A stretch of 64,000 bases of DNA, from the NCBI GenBank assembly GCA_965246885.1, contig OZ251992.1, positions 2,880,001 to 2,944,000 on the forward strand. Direction: 5' to 3'. Source of the DNA: Abditibacterium sp. (GTDB lineage: Bacteria; Armatimonadota; Abditibacteriia; Abditibacteriales; Abditibacteriaceae). A program made the translations under genes and the position numbers. Below, in pieces: positions 17,507 through 27,635 of this stretch. Below the pieces are notes generated by a model. It did no database searches. It was not told where the DNA came from and was given only the letters and a program-made list of their open reading frames with translations. Each line of letters begins with the position of its first letter. Positions within the stretch are counted from its first letter, which is position 1.

Positions 17507-18475
17507 ATGTTCCTCTGCCTCACGCCTAACCCATGCCTTGAAAAGACTTTTCTCGTGCCCTCGTTCACGGCTGGCGGTTCCTATCGCATTGAGGTGGCCA
17601 ACATACGCGAGAACTTCGGCGGCAAGGGGATCAACGCCGCGCGTGTCGCGGCACGCTTTGGCAGTCAGAGCGTTGCCCTCGCGCCGCTTGGCCCCAATTT
17701 GCGCTCCCATTTACAAGCTCTCGCCCGCGCCGAAGGCTTTGAGCTACGCACTATCGAAGTCGAACTTCCTACGCGCACCTGCCACAACATCGTGAGCGAC
17801 ATCGGCTCCACCGAACTGCTCGAAGCCGGACACGCGCTTTCCCTGCGCGACGGCGCCGCCCTACTCGAAGCGTGGAAGACCGAACTGCCGCGCTGCGAGT
17901 TGGCCCTTCTTGGCGGCTCCTACCCGCCCTCGCCAGACGCGAATTGGCGCGAACACGCTGCCATCTTGTGTTCCCTCGCACGCGCCGCCGGTAAAAAGCT
18001 GATCTACGATGGCAAGGGTGAAGCCTTCCGACGCGCCGTGTTTTCCAAGACGCCGCCTTGGGCCATCAAACCCAACGCCGACGAAGCGCGCGAACTGCTG
18101 GGCCGCGCCCTTGACAGCCCCGCCGACGAGCGCAGTGCGGTGCGCGAGTTGCGGCGATGCGGCATTGGATTGGTGTTCCTCTCCTGCGGTGCGCGTGGTT
18201 GCTGGGTCGGCTATGGGAACGAGATCGAGTTTCTCCACGCTCCACCTGTCGAAACGGTTTCCGCCGTTGGAAGCGGCGATTCCCTCTGCGGCGCCTTCGC
18301 CGCCGTATTTCTTCAAACGGGAGACGTGTGGGAAGCAGCGGCGTGGGGCGTTGCTGCCGGGAGCGCCAACGCCGCCCGCTTGGAAGCCGCCGCGATTGGC
18401 CCGGCAGACGTCTCTCCTCTCGTGCCGGAAGTGCGCCGGGAGTTGGCGGAAGTCCGGTTGTGGAGCGGGGAATGA
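17507..18475 (+). CDS. 1-phosphofructokinase-family (PfkB) hexose kinase
   Basis: LTPNPCLE, GGKGINAAR, IKPN..E, VGSGDS. Confidence 0.9.
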   Translation: MFLCLTPNPCLEKTFLVPSFTAGGSYRIEVANIRENFGGKGINAARVAARFGSQSVALAPLGPNLRSHLQALARAEGFELRTIEVELPTRTCHNIVSDIGSTELLEAGHALSLRDGAALLEAWKTELPRCELALLGGSYPPSPDANWREHAAILCSLARAAGKKLIYDGKGEAFRRAVFSKTPPWAIKPNADEARELLGRALDSPADERSAVRELRRCGIGLVFLSCGARGCWVGYGNEIEFLHAPPVETVSAVGSGDSLCGAFAAVFLQTGDVWEAAAWGVAAGSANAARLEAAAIGPADVSPLVPEVRRELAEVRLWSGE

Positions 18476-18714
18476 AACGCGCCCTTCTGGTGGCATTTTA
18501 TGGAGCGGCGTCCCTCCCGTTAGGCGCAGCGCTGTGGTTTTGCGTCGAACTACTGCGGGCCTACCGACCACCGGGCGCCTCCATCGTGATGACGCCTTTC
18601 CTCGACTGGAACGGACATCATCTTCCCTTCTGGCCCTGCCTCGCGGGTGTTGGAGCCGCCAGCGCTCTCGCACTTTACGGGTTGATGTGCGCCCTGTTCC
18701 GTATTTTCAAATGA
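18472..18714 (+). CDS. Small two-TM membrane protein (80 aa)
   Basis: ATGA overlaps at both ends (translational coupling); MKRALLVAFYGAASLPLGAALWF... Confidence 0.6.
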   Translation: MKRALLVAFYGAASLPLGAALWFCVELLRAYRPPGASIVMTPFLDWNGHHLPFWPCLAGVGAASALALYGLMCALFRIFK

Positions 18715-19082
18715 ACAATCGCTTCTCCCGCGTGCTTCTCCCGCTTCTTTTCCTCGTCGCGGGCGTAGCCCACTTGCGAGCGCCCGAACCGTTCCTGCAA
18801 ATCATGCCGCCAATGCTGCCCTTTCCGCGCTTTTTAGTCGCGCTGTCGGGGGCCTGCGAGATCGCGGGCGGGGCGGGGTTACTCTTCCCGCGCACGCGCC
18901 GATGGGCGGCGTGGGGTTTGGTCGCTCTACTCATCGCGGTGTTTCCGGCGAACATTTACTGCGCGCTGCATGGGTTGCAGTTGAACGGCGCCGAAGTGCC
19001 ACGTTGGATGTTATGGGCGCGCTTGCCATTGCAACTGCCGCTCATTTGGTGGGCTTATGCGGAAGCGATGCGCGGGCCTTAG
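18711..19082 (+). CDS. DoxX-like membrane protein
   Basis: AGVAHL...IMPP, SGACEIAGG, LLIAVFPANIY, WARLPLQ. Confidence 0.85.
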   Translation: MNNRFSRVLLPLLFLVAGVAHLRAPEPFLQIMPPMLPFPRFLVALSGACEIAGGAGLLFPRTRRWAAWGLVALLIAVFPANIYCALHGLQLNGAEVPRWMLWARLPLQLPLIWWAYAEAMRGP

Positions 19083-20332
19083 CCCCAGCTTCCTCGCGCC
19101 CGCATCGCTTCACTCACGCGGCCCACGCCCGCGATGTAGGCGGCCAAGCGGAAGTCCACCTTTTCGCGGACGGCGATAGTGGCGACTTCGTTGGTCGCGT
19201 TGACCATGATCTTTTCCAGCCGCGCGGCGACTTCATCGGCGCTCCAGAAATACTCGTCGCGGCCCTGCACCCACTCGAAATAAGAGACCGTCACGCCGCC
19301 CGCGTTGGCGAGGATGTCGGGCACAAGGATGACGCCATTATCGCGCAAGATGGGGTCAGCGTCGGGAGAAGTGGGGCCGTTGGCGGCTTCGATGAGCAGT
19401 TTGGGCCGGATGCGCGGCGCGTTTTGAGCGGAAATTTGGTTTTCGAGCGCGGCGGGGATGAGCACGTCGCACGGCAACTCCAATAATTCAGCATTAGAGA
19501 TGCGCCCCGCCGAGAAATCGAGGGGAAGCGCGCCGCCCACCGCGCTTCTTCGCGCCAACTCTTCGACATCCAACCCCTTGGCGTCGTACCAGCCGCCAAG
19601 GGCGTCCGAAACGGCGACGACGCGGCACCCGAATTCACGCGCCAGAATGAGCGCGGCGTTGCGGCCCACGTTGCCAAAACCTTGGATGGCCACGCTCGCG
19701 CCGGAAAGCGTGAGGCCAATGCGCCGCGCGACCTCGCGCGTGACGATGGCGACGCCGCGCCCGGTCGCTTCCTCGCGGCCCGCCGACCCGCCAATCGAAA
19801 GCGGTTTGCCGGTTACTACGCCGGGGACGGCGTAGCCCACGTTTTGCGAATACGCGTCCATCATCCACGCCATCGTTTGGGCGTTCGTGCCCATGTCGGG
19901 CGCGGGCACGTCCTTTTCGGGGCCGAGAATGGGCAGGATTTCCGTCGTGAAGCGGCGCGTGAGGCGCTCCAATTCGCCGTTCGATAGCGTTTTGGGGTCA
20001 ACCGTCACGCCGCCCTTGGCGCCGCCAAAGGGAATGGAAACGACGGCGCACTTCCACGTCATCCACATGGCGAGGGCGCGCACTTCGTCCAAGTCCACCC
20101 CCGGCGCGAAACGGATACCGCCTTTGGCTGGCCCCCGGTCGGTGTTGTGCTGGACGCGGAAGCCTTGGAAGACGCGCGTCGTGCCGTCGTCCATAACAAC
20201 GGGAACGGCCACTTCGAGGCTCCGCTTGGGCGCGCGCAAACGGGCGTGCAGCCCAGCGTCAAGGTCGATTCTCTCCGCCACGATGTCGAGTTGTTCGAGC
20301 GCGTTATGCCACGCGGATGGGGTTGTTTCCAC
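19079..20332 (-). CDS. gdhA: Glu/Leu/Phe/Val dehydrogenase (glutamate dehydrogenase)
   Basis: GPAKGGIRF, MTWKCA, PFGGAKGG, DVPAPD, VTGKP..GGS.GR.EATG, NAGGVTVSYFEW. Start GTG 20332 chosen; the ORF extends to 20386. Confidence 0.93.
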   Translation of the reverse strand: METTPSAWHNALEQLDIVAERIDLDAGLHARLRAPKRSLEVAVPVVMDDGTTRVFQGFRVQHNTDRGPAKGGIRFAPGVDLDEVRALAMWMTWKCAVVSIPFGGAKGGVTVDPKTLSNGELERLTRRFTTEILPILGPEKDVPAPDMGTNAQTMAWMMDAYSQNVGYAVPGVVTGKPLSIGGSAGREEATGRGVAIVTREVARRIGLTLSGASVAIQGFGNVGRNAALILAREFGCRVVAVSDALGGWYDAKGLDVEELARRSAVGGALPLDFSAGRISNAELLELPCDVLIPAALENQISAQNAPRIRPKLLIEAANGPTSPDADPILRDNGVILVPDILANAGGVTVSYFEWVQGRDEYFWSADEVAARLEKIMVNATNEVATIAVREKVDFRLAAYIAGVGRVSEAMRARGSWG

Positions 20333-20513
20333 CCCCAACAATTTACCGCGCCGTCCAGATGTGCGCCGCCTAATTCCCACCGACACAATGGCAGGGCCAC
20401 CAAAGAAGCGGTTAAAAGTAATTTTTCTCGGAATGTGGTATGAAAGTGCGTTTTACTACTGACTACCGAGGTTCACCGCTATCCATCTTCCATCGAAACG
20501 CCGCGTCGCGCCC

Positions 20514-23132
20514 TTGCCGTTTGTGCTCTCGGCGTTCGCGCTCCTTCCGCTTCCGGTTCTTATCACACCGAGATTATTGGGAGACAGCATCGTCGAGTTC
20601 AGTTGGGTATTGTGGCAGGCGCTCGCTTCGGTGTGGGCTTTCGCGTGCGCCTTGGGCACGGCGCGCTGGGCAGTCGGCGCGTTGGGAGCGGGGAGCGGAA
20701 GCGGAGCGAGCACGAATCAATCTCTGATGGGCGACGGGCGGGGGGCGCACATGTTCGGACTACGCGCCCTCGCTTTGGCGTGGGGTCTCAACGCTCTGGG
20801 CGATGCGCTGTTCTTTATCTGGCAAAGTCGCCTTGGCTCCGACGTTTTTCAAAGCGCCTCGCGGGTACCGTATCTGAGCGCCAACCTTGTTTTGTTTGTC
20901 GGATTGCTCGCCCTTTTACACGCCGACCAGTTGTACGACCGCGTGCGCGCGGCGCTCGACTCGCTACTGTTGACCGTGTGCGCGGGCCTGATGATGTGGC
21001 GCTTCGTGTTCGCTCCGGCGTTGCAAAGTGCGGCGGGCACGGCGGCACGCCCGATTCTGGTTATTTACACCGTGTTGGTATTGGGACTACTTTTCCTTTC
21101 TCTCTTTTCACTCGCGTCCAGCCGCACCACGCCCCAATCGCTACGCCCGCGCGCGATTTTGTGCGCAGCGTTTCTGCTGATTTGCGCGTCGAACACACTC
21201 CTTCTCGTGGGCGCCGCGCATAACAGCCAACGGACGCAGATTCTGGGCACGATATTGTGGAGCGCAGCCATGCTGGTGGCAGGGCTGTCGGCACTACAAT
21301 GCCGCGATCTCTTGCCCACCCCCGGAACGGAACCCATCTTCCGCCTCGCCCGCCTCGTGCCGTCCATCTTGCCTTACGGCTTTTTACTCATCGCCATCGC
21401 GCTCGCGGCGGACGTGCTCGACGAGTTGGACAGTCATGAGCGCACCAACATAACTGTCGCCATCATCATCCTCTCGTTGCTGGCGCTCCGGCAAATTTTG
21501 GTGGCGATTCAAAACGTGCGCTTGCAAAACCAGTTAGTACGCTTCTCGCTTGAATTGGACGACCTCGTCGCGCTCCGCACGCGCCAATTGGAAGCGCAAA
21601 ACCGCTTCTCAAGGCGCCTCAATGCCGCTCAGTTGACCCAAGAAAGCCTCGCGGCCCTGCTGGAGTTCGCGCCGATTCTCTTACCCAAGCACCCCTTCGC
21701 GCTGTGGCTAACGACCGACGGCGACGCCCTGAAGTTGGCGGGCACCAACGCGCCGCCGGAGTGGGCGGCGTGGCTCGCCGAACACGCGCCCACCGAAGGC
21801 GATTTCGCCACTAATCGCACCCCGCCCATGCTGCGCGTCGCGCCGCTCCGACGAGGTGAGAGCGTTTTGGGCTTTCTGGCCATCATCATCGAGCCGCAAG
21901 GCTTCGACCCGACCGAAGACGCCATTTTGAAGTTCATGGCGCGCGAGGGTGCCCTCGCTCTCCAAAACGCGCGGCTCTACGAACAGGCGCTTGTGGACGC
22001 CGAACACGACGACGTAACGGGCCTGCTCAACCATCGCGGCGTGCAAGAGCGCCTCGCCAAACTGGTCGCCGCCGCGCACCTGTCGGGCGAGCCGTTGGGC
22101 GTGGCGCTTATGGACTTGGACAGGTTCAAGCTGTTCAACGACACCTACACGCACGTTGTGGGCGACCTCGTTTTGAAACACGTCGCCGCCATTTTGTGCG
22201 CTGAAATGGGCGAGGGCGCCCTCTTTGGGCGCTTTGGCGGCGACGAGTTTTTGCTCATCTTCCCCGGCGCGCACCGCGAAGCGGTGTTACACCGCATCGA
22301 AGTGCTGGGCGATCTCCTCGCGTCGCGCGGCTTTCTCATCCCCGGTCAGGGCCAGCCCGTCCCTCTCGCCGTTTCGTTCGGTGTGGCGATGTTCCCCGAC
22401 GACGCGACCGGCCTGCAACGGCTGCTTTCGGTCGCCGACTCGCACCTCTTCGCCGCCAAGAATTCCGGCCTGAGCGTGCGCTCCTCGACCGAAATGGAGC
22501 GCACGCGCGCGCGCCTCCGCACCCACGACTCCTTTAGCGCCCTCGATGCCATCGTCGCCGCCATTGATTCCAAGGACTCTTACACCCGCGCCCACTCCGA
22601 GGATGTTACCGAGTTGGCGCTACAATTGGCGAGCGCACTCGGCTTGTCCGAAGAAACCCGCAAGATGCTGCGCACTGGCGCGCTCTTGCACGATGTCGGC
22701 AAAATCGCCGTTCCCGACGAGGTGCTGTGTAAACCCGGACAACTCACGCCCGAAGAGTTTGCCCAAATGAAGACCCACCCTTGGATCGGTGCCATCCTCG
22801 TTTCGGCCATGCCGGGGCTGGGCAACATCATCGAAATGGTGCGCAACCACCACGAGCGCTTCGACGGAACCGGCTACCCCGATCGCTTGGCGGGCGAGGC
22901 TATCCCGCCCTTGGGTCGCTTGCTCGCCGTCGCCGATGCATACTCGGCCATGACGCAACACCGCCCGTATCGCCGCGCCTTGTCCGAAGCCGAAGCGTTG
23001 GAGCGCATCGAAGCGGGCGCCGGCACGCAGTTCGACCCTCATATGGCCGCTACTTTTGTGCGCCTCAAACGCGCCGCACTCAACGGCACCCGCGCACAAG
23101 CCCACAACCCGGCGAGCGCAGAGGCGGCCTAA
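20514..23132 (+). CDS. Membrane sensor with GAF-like, GGDEF and HD-GYP domains
   Basis: Multi-TM N-terminus; DLDRFK.FND, RFGGDEF; LHDVGK, HHERFDGTGYP. Confidence 0.92.
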   Translation: MPFVLSAFALLPLPVLITPRLLGDSIVEFSWVLWQALASVWAFACALGTARWAVGALGAGSGSGASTNQSLMGDGRGAHMFGLRALALAWGLNALGDALFFIWQSRLGSDVFQSASRVPYLSANLVLFVGLLALLHADQLYDRVRAALDSLLLTVCAGLMMWRFVFAPALQSAAGTAARPILVIYTVLVLGLLFLSLFSLASSRTTPQSLRPRAILCAAFLLICASNTLLLVGAAHNSQRTQILGTILWSAAMLVAGLSALQCRDLLPTPGTEPIFRLARLVPSILPYGFLLIAIALAADVLDELDSHERTNITVAIIILSLLALRQILVAIQNVRLQNQLVRFSLELDDLVALRTRQLEAQNRFSRRLNAAQLTQESLAALLEFAPILLPKHPFALWLTTDGDALKLAGTNAPPEWAAWLAEHAPTEGDFATNRTPPMLRVAPLRRGESVLGFLAIIIEPQGFDPTEDAILKFMAREGALALQNARLYEQALVDAEHDDVTGLLNHRGVQERLAKLVAAAHLSGEPLGVALMDLDRFKLFNDTYTHVVGDLVLKHVAAILCAEMGEGALFGRFGGDEFLLIFPGAHREAVLHRIEVLGDLLASRGFLIPGQGQPVPLAVSFGVAMFPDDATGLQRLLSVADSHLFAAKNSGLSVRSSTEMERTRARLRTHDSFSALDAIVAAIDSKDSYTRAHSEDVTELALQLASALGLSEETRKMLRTGALLHDVGKIAVPDEVLCKPGQLTPEEFAQMKTHPWIGAILVSAMPGLGNIIEMVRNHHERFDGTGYPDRLAGEAIPPLGRLLAVADAYSAMTQHRPYRRALSEAEALERIEAGAGTQFDPHMAATFVRLKRAALNGTRAQAHNPASAEAA

Positions 23133-23159
23133 CCCCGCTTCGGCACCCGACTTGCAATT

Positions 23160-23178
23160 TGTAGCCGCGCGGGTTACA
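23160..23178. promoter_or_regulatory. Candidate Rrf2 operator (autoregulatory)
   Basis: TGTAGC-N7-GTTACA, 20 bp upstream of the Rrf2 start. Confidence 0.6.
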
Positions 23179-23198
23179 GTTAATAGGTAGAGTTTCCG

Positions 23199-23630
23199 AT
23201 GGCCCAAAATTGTCGCTTTGCGTTCGCCGTTCACGTCTTGAGTTCCCTCGCCCTTCACCCCGAAGGCGCGATGAACTCCGATCAACTCGCGCAGACCGTC
23301 AATACTAACCCCGTCGTCATTCGCCGCTTGCTGCTTGACCTACGCGACGCGGGCCTCGTCGAAACCCAGCGCGGGCCGGGGGGAGGCGCCAAATTAGCCC
23401 GCGACGCCAAAGACATCTCGCTCGCGCAAATCTACACCGCCGCGTCGGGCGAGTTCTCGCTGTTTGGCGACCATCCCAACGAACCCGCGCAGTGTTGCCC
23501 CGTCGGGCGCGGCATCAAAGCCGTGCTCGAAGGCGTCGCGCAAAAAGCCGTCGCGTGCGTCAAAGAGCATTACGCCGCTATGTCGCTCGCCGATGTCGTC
23601 GCCCAACTCCAAGCCGAACCGCCCGCCTAA
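23199..23630 (+). CDS. Rrf2-family transcriptional regulator
   Basis: RFAFAVHVL, S..LA..VNTNPVVIRR, GPGGG..LAR, CPVGRGI. Confidence 0.93.
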   Translation: MAQNCRFAFAVHVLSSLALHPEGAMNSDQLAQTVNTNPVVIRRLLLDLRDAGLVETQRGPGGGAKLARDAKDISLAQIYTAASGEFSLFGDHPNEPAQCCPVGRGIKAVLEGVAQKAVACVKEHYAAMSLADVVAQLQAEPPA

Positions 23631-23686
23631 GGCGCTTCACCGCGCCGCGCCGCCGCTTGAAAGAGCGGCTTTTTTGGACTGACATT

Positions 23687-23705
23687 TGTAACCAACTCAG
23701 TTACC
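23687..23705. promoter_or_regulatory. Candidate Rrf2 operator upstream of azoR
   Basis: TGTAAC-N7-GTTACC. Confidence 0.6.
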
Positions 23706-23711
23706 ATCGCC

Positions 23712-24338
23712 ATGACCATCTTACACCTCGATTCCTCGCCGCGCGCCGCGTCCCATTCGCGCGCCCTGTCCGCCGAAGCCGTCACCTCACTGCGCGCCCA
23801 CTTCCCCGAAGCGAAAGTCATCTACCACGACTTAGGCCGCCAGCCCTTGCCCGTCGTGAGCGAGGACTGGGTAAGCGCCGCCTTCTCCGACCCCGCGACG
23901 CACTCGCCCGAACTCAAGCAAGCCATCGCCCTGTCCAATACCCTCGTGGACGAGCTACTCGAAGCCGACATTCTCGTCGCGGGGGTGCCGATGTATAACT
24001 TCTCCATCCCCGCCGCTTTCAAGCTGTGGATAGACCAAGTCGTTCGCTTCGGGCGCACCTTCGCCATCGGCGCCACCGGCATCGCGGGCTTGGTGCCCGA
24101 CAAGCCCACCCTCTTCGTCACCTCGCGCGGCGGCGGCGGCTACGGGCCGGGCGAGTCGCGCGAAGCCGTCAACTTTGAAGGCCCGTATCTTAAGGCCGCA
24201 TTCTCCTTCATCGGCATCAAAAATACCCACTTTGCGCACCTCAACAACGCCAACGACGACGCGCTGCGCCCCGCCGAACTCGAAGCCGCGCGCACCGAGG
24301 TTGCGAAGTTCGTCGCGTCGGTCGGGGGTGCTTTGTGA
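23712..24338 (+). CDS. azoR: FMN-dependent NADH-azoreductase
   Basis: [29 protein letters not shown]. Confidence 0.9.
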   Translation: MTILHLDSSPRAASHSRALSAEAVTSLRAHFPEAKVIYHDLGRQPLPVVSEDWVSAAFSDPATHSPELKQAIALSNTLVDELLEADILVAGVPMYNFSIPAAFKLWIDQVVRFGRTFAIGATGIAGLVPDKPTLFVTSRGGGGYGPGESREAVNFEGPYLKAAFSFIGIKNTHFAHLNNANDDALRPAELEAARTEVAKFVASVGGAL

Positions 24339-25075
24339 ACCTGCGCGGCAAAACATTCATAGTCACCGGCGCCACGTCCGGCATTGGCCGCGCGAGCGCC
24401 CTCAAATTGGGCAAGCACGGCGCCAACGTCATCTTGTCGGGCCGTAGCGTTGCCGAGGGAGAAAAGACACGCGCGGCGGTTGAAGAAGCGGGCGGTAAAG
24501 CCGCCTTCCTCGCGGGCGATTCGGCGCTGTTAGAAACGCACCGTGCCCTTGTCGAGGCCGCCAAGGAGCATTTCGGCGGGCTTGACGGCGCCTTCAACAA
24601 TGCGGGCTATGGGGAGTTCTTGCCGCTCGCTGAGGCCGATGGCGACTCCTATGAGCGACAGATGAGCGTCAACGTCAAGGGCGTTTTCTTCGCCCTGCAA
24701 GCACAACTGCTCGTCCTCAAAGCGGGCGGCTCCGTCGTGATAAACGCGAGCATCGCGGCGGGAGGCATGGCGGGCGCGGGGATATACGCGGCGACCAAAG
24801 GCGCAGTTATCTCTCTCGGTCGTAGTGCGGCGTTGGAAGTTGCGACACGCGGCGTGCGCGTCAACATCGTTAGCCCCGGCCCCATCCTCACCGAAGGCGC
24901 CTTGCACGTAATGGGGCCGGAGAACTTTGAAAAGCAAATGACGCCCCTCGTTCCGATGGGCCGCGTCGGACGTCCAGAAGAAATCGCTTCTGTCGTCGCC
25001 TTCCTGCTTTCCGACGGCGCCAGTTTCATCACCGGCCAAAATCTCAACGTGGATGGCGGCGTCACCATCCGCTAA
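24335..25075 (+). CDS. SDR-family oxidoreductase
   Basis: [22 protein letters not shown]. Confidence 0.92.
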   Translation: MNLRGKTFIVTGATSGIGRASALKLGKHGANVILSGRSVAEGEKTRAAVEEAGGKAAFLAGDSALLETHRALVEAAKEHFGGLDGAFNNAGYGEFLPLAEADGDSYERQMSVNVKGVFFALQAQLLVLKAGGSVVINASIAAGGMAGAGIYAATKGAVISLGRSAALEVATRGVRVNIVSPGPILTEGALHVMGPENFEKQMTPLVPMGRVGRPEEIASVVAFLLSDGASFITGQNLNVDGGVTIR

Positions 25076-25087
25076 TCAAAGCACGCT

Positions 25088-26161
25088 ATGTCCAACATCC
25101 TTCTTTCGCCCGTCCGCATGGGCGCGTTTCAGCTTCCCAACCGCGTCGTGATGGCGCCGCTCACGCGGTGCCGCGCCGACGCGGGGCGCGTTCCCTCCGA
25201 GGCCGCGCGACTTTATTACACCCAACGCGCGAGTGTTGGACTGATAATTACCGAAGCGACCTCGGTAGACCCGATGGGCGTTGGCTACCCGGACACACCG
25301 GGTATCTGGAACGCCGAACAGGTCGCGGGCTGGCGGCGCATCACCGACTCCGTTCACGAAGCGGGCGGGCAAATCGTTTTGCAACTCTGGCACGTCGGGC
25401 GCATTTCGCACCCGTCGTATCTCGGCGGCGCCCTGCCCGTCGCACCGTCCGCCATCGCTGCAAAGGGGCACGTGTCGCTTGTGCGGCCCCTTGCCGATTA
25501 TCCCACGCCGCGTGCCCTCAAAACTTCGGAACTCCCCGCCATCATCGAAGCCTATCGCTTGGGCGCGCAAAACGCCAAAGAAGCGGGCTTTGACGGCGTC
25601 GAAATTCATGGCGCCAACGGCTACTTGCTCGACCAGTTCTTGCAAGACTCCACCAATCACCGCACAGACCAATACGGCGGCTCCATCGAAAACCGCGCGC
25701 GCTTGGCGCTCGAAGTGACTGATGCCGTCGTTTCCGTCTGGGGCGCCAAGCGCGTCGGGTATCACATCTCGCCGCGCGCCGACGCGCACGACATGGGCGA
25801 CTGCGACTTGCCCGCGACTTTTGGGCACTTGGTGCGCGAACTGTCGAAGCGGCAAATCGCCTTCGTTTTTTCGCGCGCCGCCCGCGACGACGAGGCGTTG
25901 ACAGTCGGGTTGCGCCGCCAGTTCGCGGGCGCGTGGATCGCCAACCAAGGTTTTACGCCCGCAGAAGCCATCGCCACCTTGGAGCGCGGCGACGCCGATG
26001 CCGTTTCGTGGGGCCAGCAGATCATCGCCAACCCCGATTTGGCGCGCCGCCTCGAATTGAGTGCGCCGCTCAACCAGCCCAACCCCGCCACTTTCTACAC
26101 TTACCCCTCTGGCGACAAGAACGAGGGCTATACCGATTACCCGTTCCTCAACGAAAAGTAA
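25088..26161 (+). CDS. Alkene reductase (old yellow enzyme, NemA-like)
   Basis: MAPLTRCRA, QLWHVGRISH, EIHGANGYLLDQF, YGGSIENRAR, GYTDYP. Confidence 0.93.
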   Translation: MSNILLSPVRMGAFQLPNRVVMAPLTRCRADAGRVPSEAARLYYTQRASVGLIITEATSVDPMGVGYPDTPGIWNAEQVAGWRRITDSVHEAGGQIVLQLWHVGRISHPSYLGGALPVAPSAIAAKGHVSLVRPLADYPTPRALKTSELPAIIEAYRLGAQNAKEAGFDGVEIHGANGYLLDQFLQDSTNHRTDQYGGSIENRARLALEVTDAVVSVWGAKRVGYHISPRADAHDMGDCDLPATFGHLVRELSKRQIAFVFSRAARDDEALTVGLRRQFAGAWIANQGFTPAEAIATLERGDADAVSWGQQIIANPDLARRLELSAPLNQPNPATFYTYPSGDKNEGYTDYPFLNEK

Positions 26162-26181
26162 ATCGGCCCCAAGGGAGCGCC

Positions 26182-26342
26182 GAAGTAGGTAAATCAACGG
26201 AAGATCTACCTATTTCGGACGGTGAAATAGGTAGATCGGCGTAAGATTTACCTATTCCAGCGAGCGATTAAGGTATTTTGCGGCTTGCGGGAGGTAAATC
26301 TTCCCGTGATCTACCTATTTCGCGGCTCGAACTACGTAGACG
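26182..26342. repeat. 21-bp-periodic array of a 14-bp motif in mixed orientations
   Basis: GAAATAGGTAGATC / GATCTACCTATTTC variants starting at 26182, 26203, 26224, 26245, 26266, 26287, 26308, 26329. Confidence 0.85.
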
Positions 26343-26434
26343 AACGCTTCCCAGAGGGGATTATCGAAGAGTTTTGGGCGCGGCTTCTCATGGCATTGTC
26401 CCAGCCGCGCTCCAGACAGCCACATTTCAAACCC

Positions 26435-26818
26435 ATGAAAACCGCGACACTTATCGCCCGCTTCTTGCTGGGCCTCGCCTTCGTCGTTTTTGGCCTCAAC
26501 TATTGGGGCCATTTCATCCCGCAACCGCCGCCCAACGCGGCGGGCGGCGCTTTTTTGGGCGCCATGATTCCTTCGGGCTATTTCGGCCTCGTCAAGGTAC
26601 TGGAAGTCGTGGGCGGACTCTTGATTCTCAGTGGCCGCTTTTTGCCGTTGGGGATTCTAATTCTTGGCCCGATTCTGGTCAACATCCTCGCCTACGACGT
26701 GTTCCTCGACCACAGCGCGCTTCCAGTCGGCATCGTCTTCGGCGCCTTGCTCCTGTTTTTGGCGTGGGCCAACCGCGCCGTTTTCCAACCGTTCTTCGCC
26801 GCGCCATCCGCCGCGTAA
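26435..26818 (+). CDS. DoxX-family membrane protein
   Basis: ARFLLGL.FVVFGLN, VKVLEVVGG, PILVNI. Confidence 0.85.
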   Translation: MKTATLIARFLLGLAFVVFGLNYWGHFIPQPPPNAAGGAFLGAMIPSGYFGLVKVLEVVGGLLILSGRFLPLGILILGPILVNILAYDVFLDHSALPVGIVFGALLLFLAWANRAVFQPFFAAPSAA

Positions 26819-26830
26819 ATTTCTCACATC

Positions 26831-27556
26831 ATGCCTAAAGTAGCTTTAATTACCGGTGCCAACAAGGGCATCGGACTCGAAACCGCCCGCCAACTGGCGC
26901 GCGATCATGGCTTTACTGTTCTCATCGGCGCCCGCGACGAAGCGCGCGGAACCGAAGCGGCAGAGGGCCTCAAGGCGCAAGGGTTGGACGCGCAGTTCTT
27001 GCCCATTGACCCCACCGACCCGGCGTCGGTCGCCGCCGCCGTTGCGCGTGTGCAAGCGGATTTTGGGCGCTTGGACGTGCTGGTCAATAACGCGGGCACG
27101 CTTTCGCCACAGGACATGGCGGCGCCCGCGAGCATCCCGACCCAAATTCTGCGCGACACCTACGAGATCAACGTCTTCGCCCTCCACGAAGTCACCCGCG
27201 CGTTTTGGCCGTTGTTGGAAAAGTCGGACGCCGCGCGGCTGGTGAACGTGTCCAGCGTGTTGGGGTCGCTCACCATCCACCGCGATTTTGACGGGTCGCT
27301 CAAAGACTTCAAGCCGGTCGCGTATGATTCGAGCAAAGCCGCCGTTAACATGATAACCATCCACTACGCATCGCAGTGGAAGAACACGCCGCACAAGGCG
27401 AACGCGATTCATCCCGGTAGCGTCAAGACCGACTTGAACTCGTGGGGCGAGTTGACGGTAGAAGAGGGCGCGAAAACTTCGGTCGAAATGGCCACCATCA
27501 GCGCCGACGGGCCAAACGGGAGTTTCTCGCATTTGGGCCAGCCGTTGCCTTGGTAG
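26831..27556 (+). CDS. SDR-family oxidoreductase (carbonyl-reductase-like)
   Basis: TGANKGIG, NNAG, YDSSK, HPG.VKTD. Confidence 0.92.
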   Translation: MPKVALITGANKGIGLETARQLARDHGFTVLIGARDEARGTEAAEGLKAQGLDAQFLPIDPTDPASVAAAVARVQADFGRLDVLVNNAGTLSPQDMAAPASIPTQILRDTYEINVFALHEVTRAFWPLLEKSDAARLVNVSSVLGSLTIHRDFDGSLKDFKPVAYDSSKAAVNMITIHYASQWKNTPHKANAIHPGSVKTDLNSWGELTVEEGAKTSVEMATISADGPNGSFSHLGQPLPW

Positions 27557-27575
27557 AACGGGGAAACACGAAATG

Positions 27576-27613
27576 CGCAAGGGGCGTTTTCTCGTGGGAA
27601 AACGCCCCTTGCG
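27576..27613. terminator. Terminator hairpin between convergent genes
   Basis: CGCAAGGGGCGTTTTC...GAAAACGCCCCTTGCG followed by TTT. Confidence 0.8.
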
Positions 27614-27635
27614 TTTGATTGGGTGCCACAAGAGA

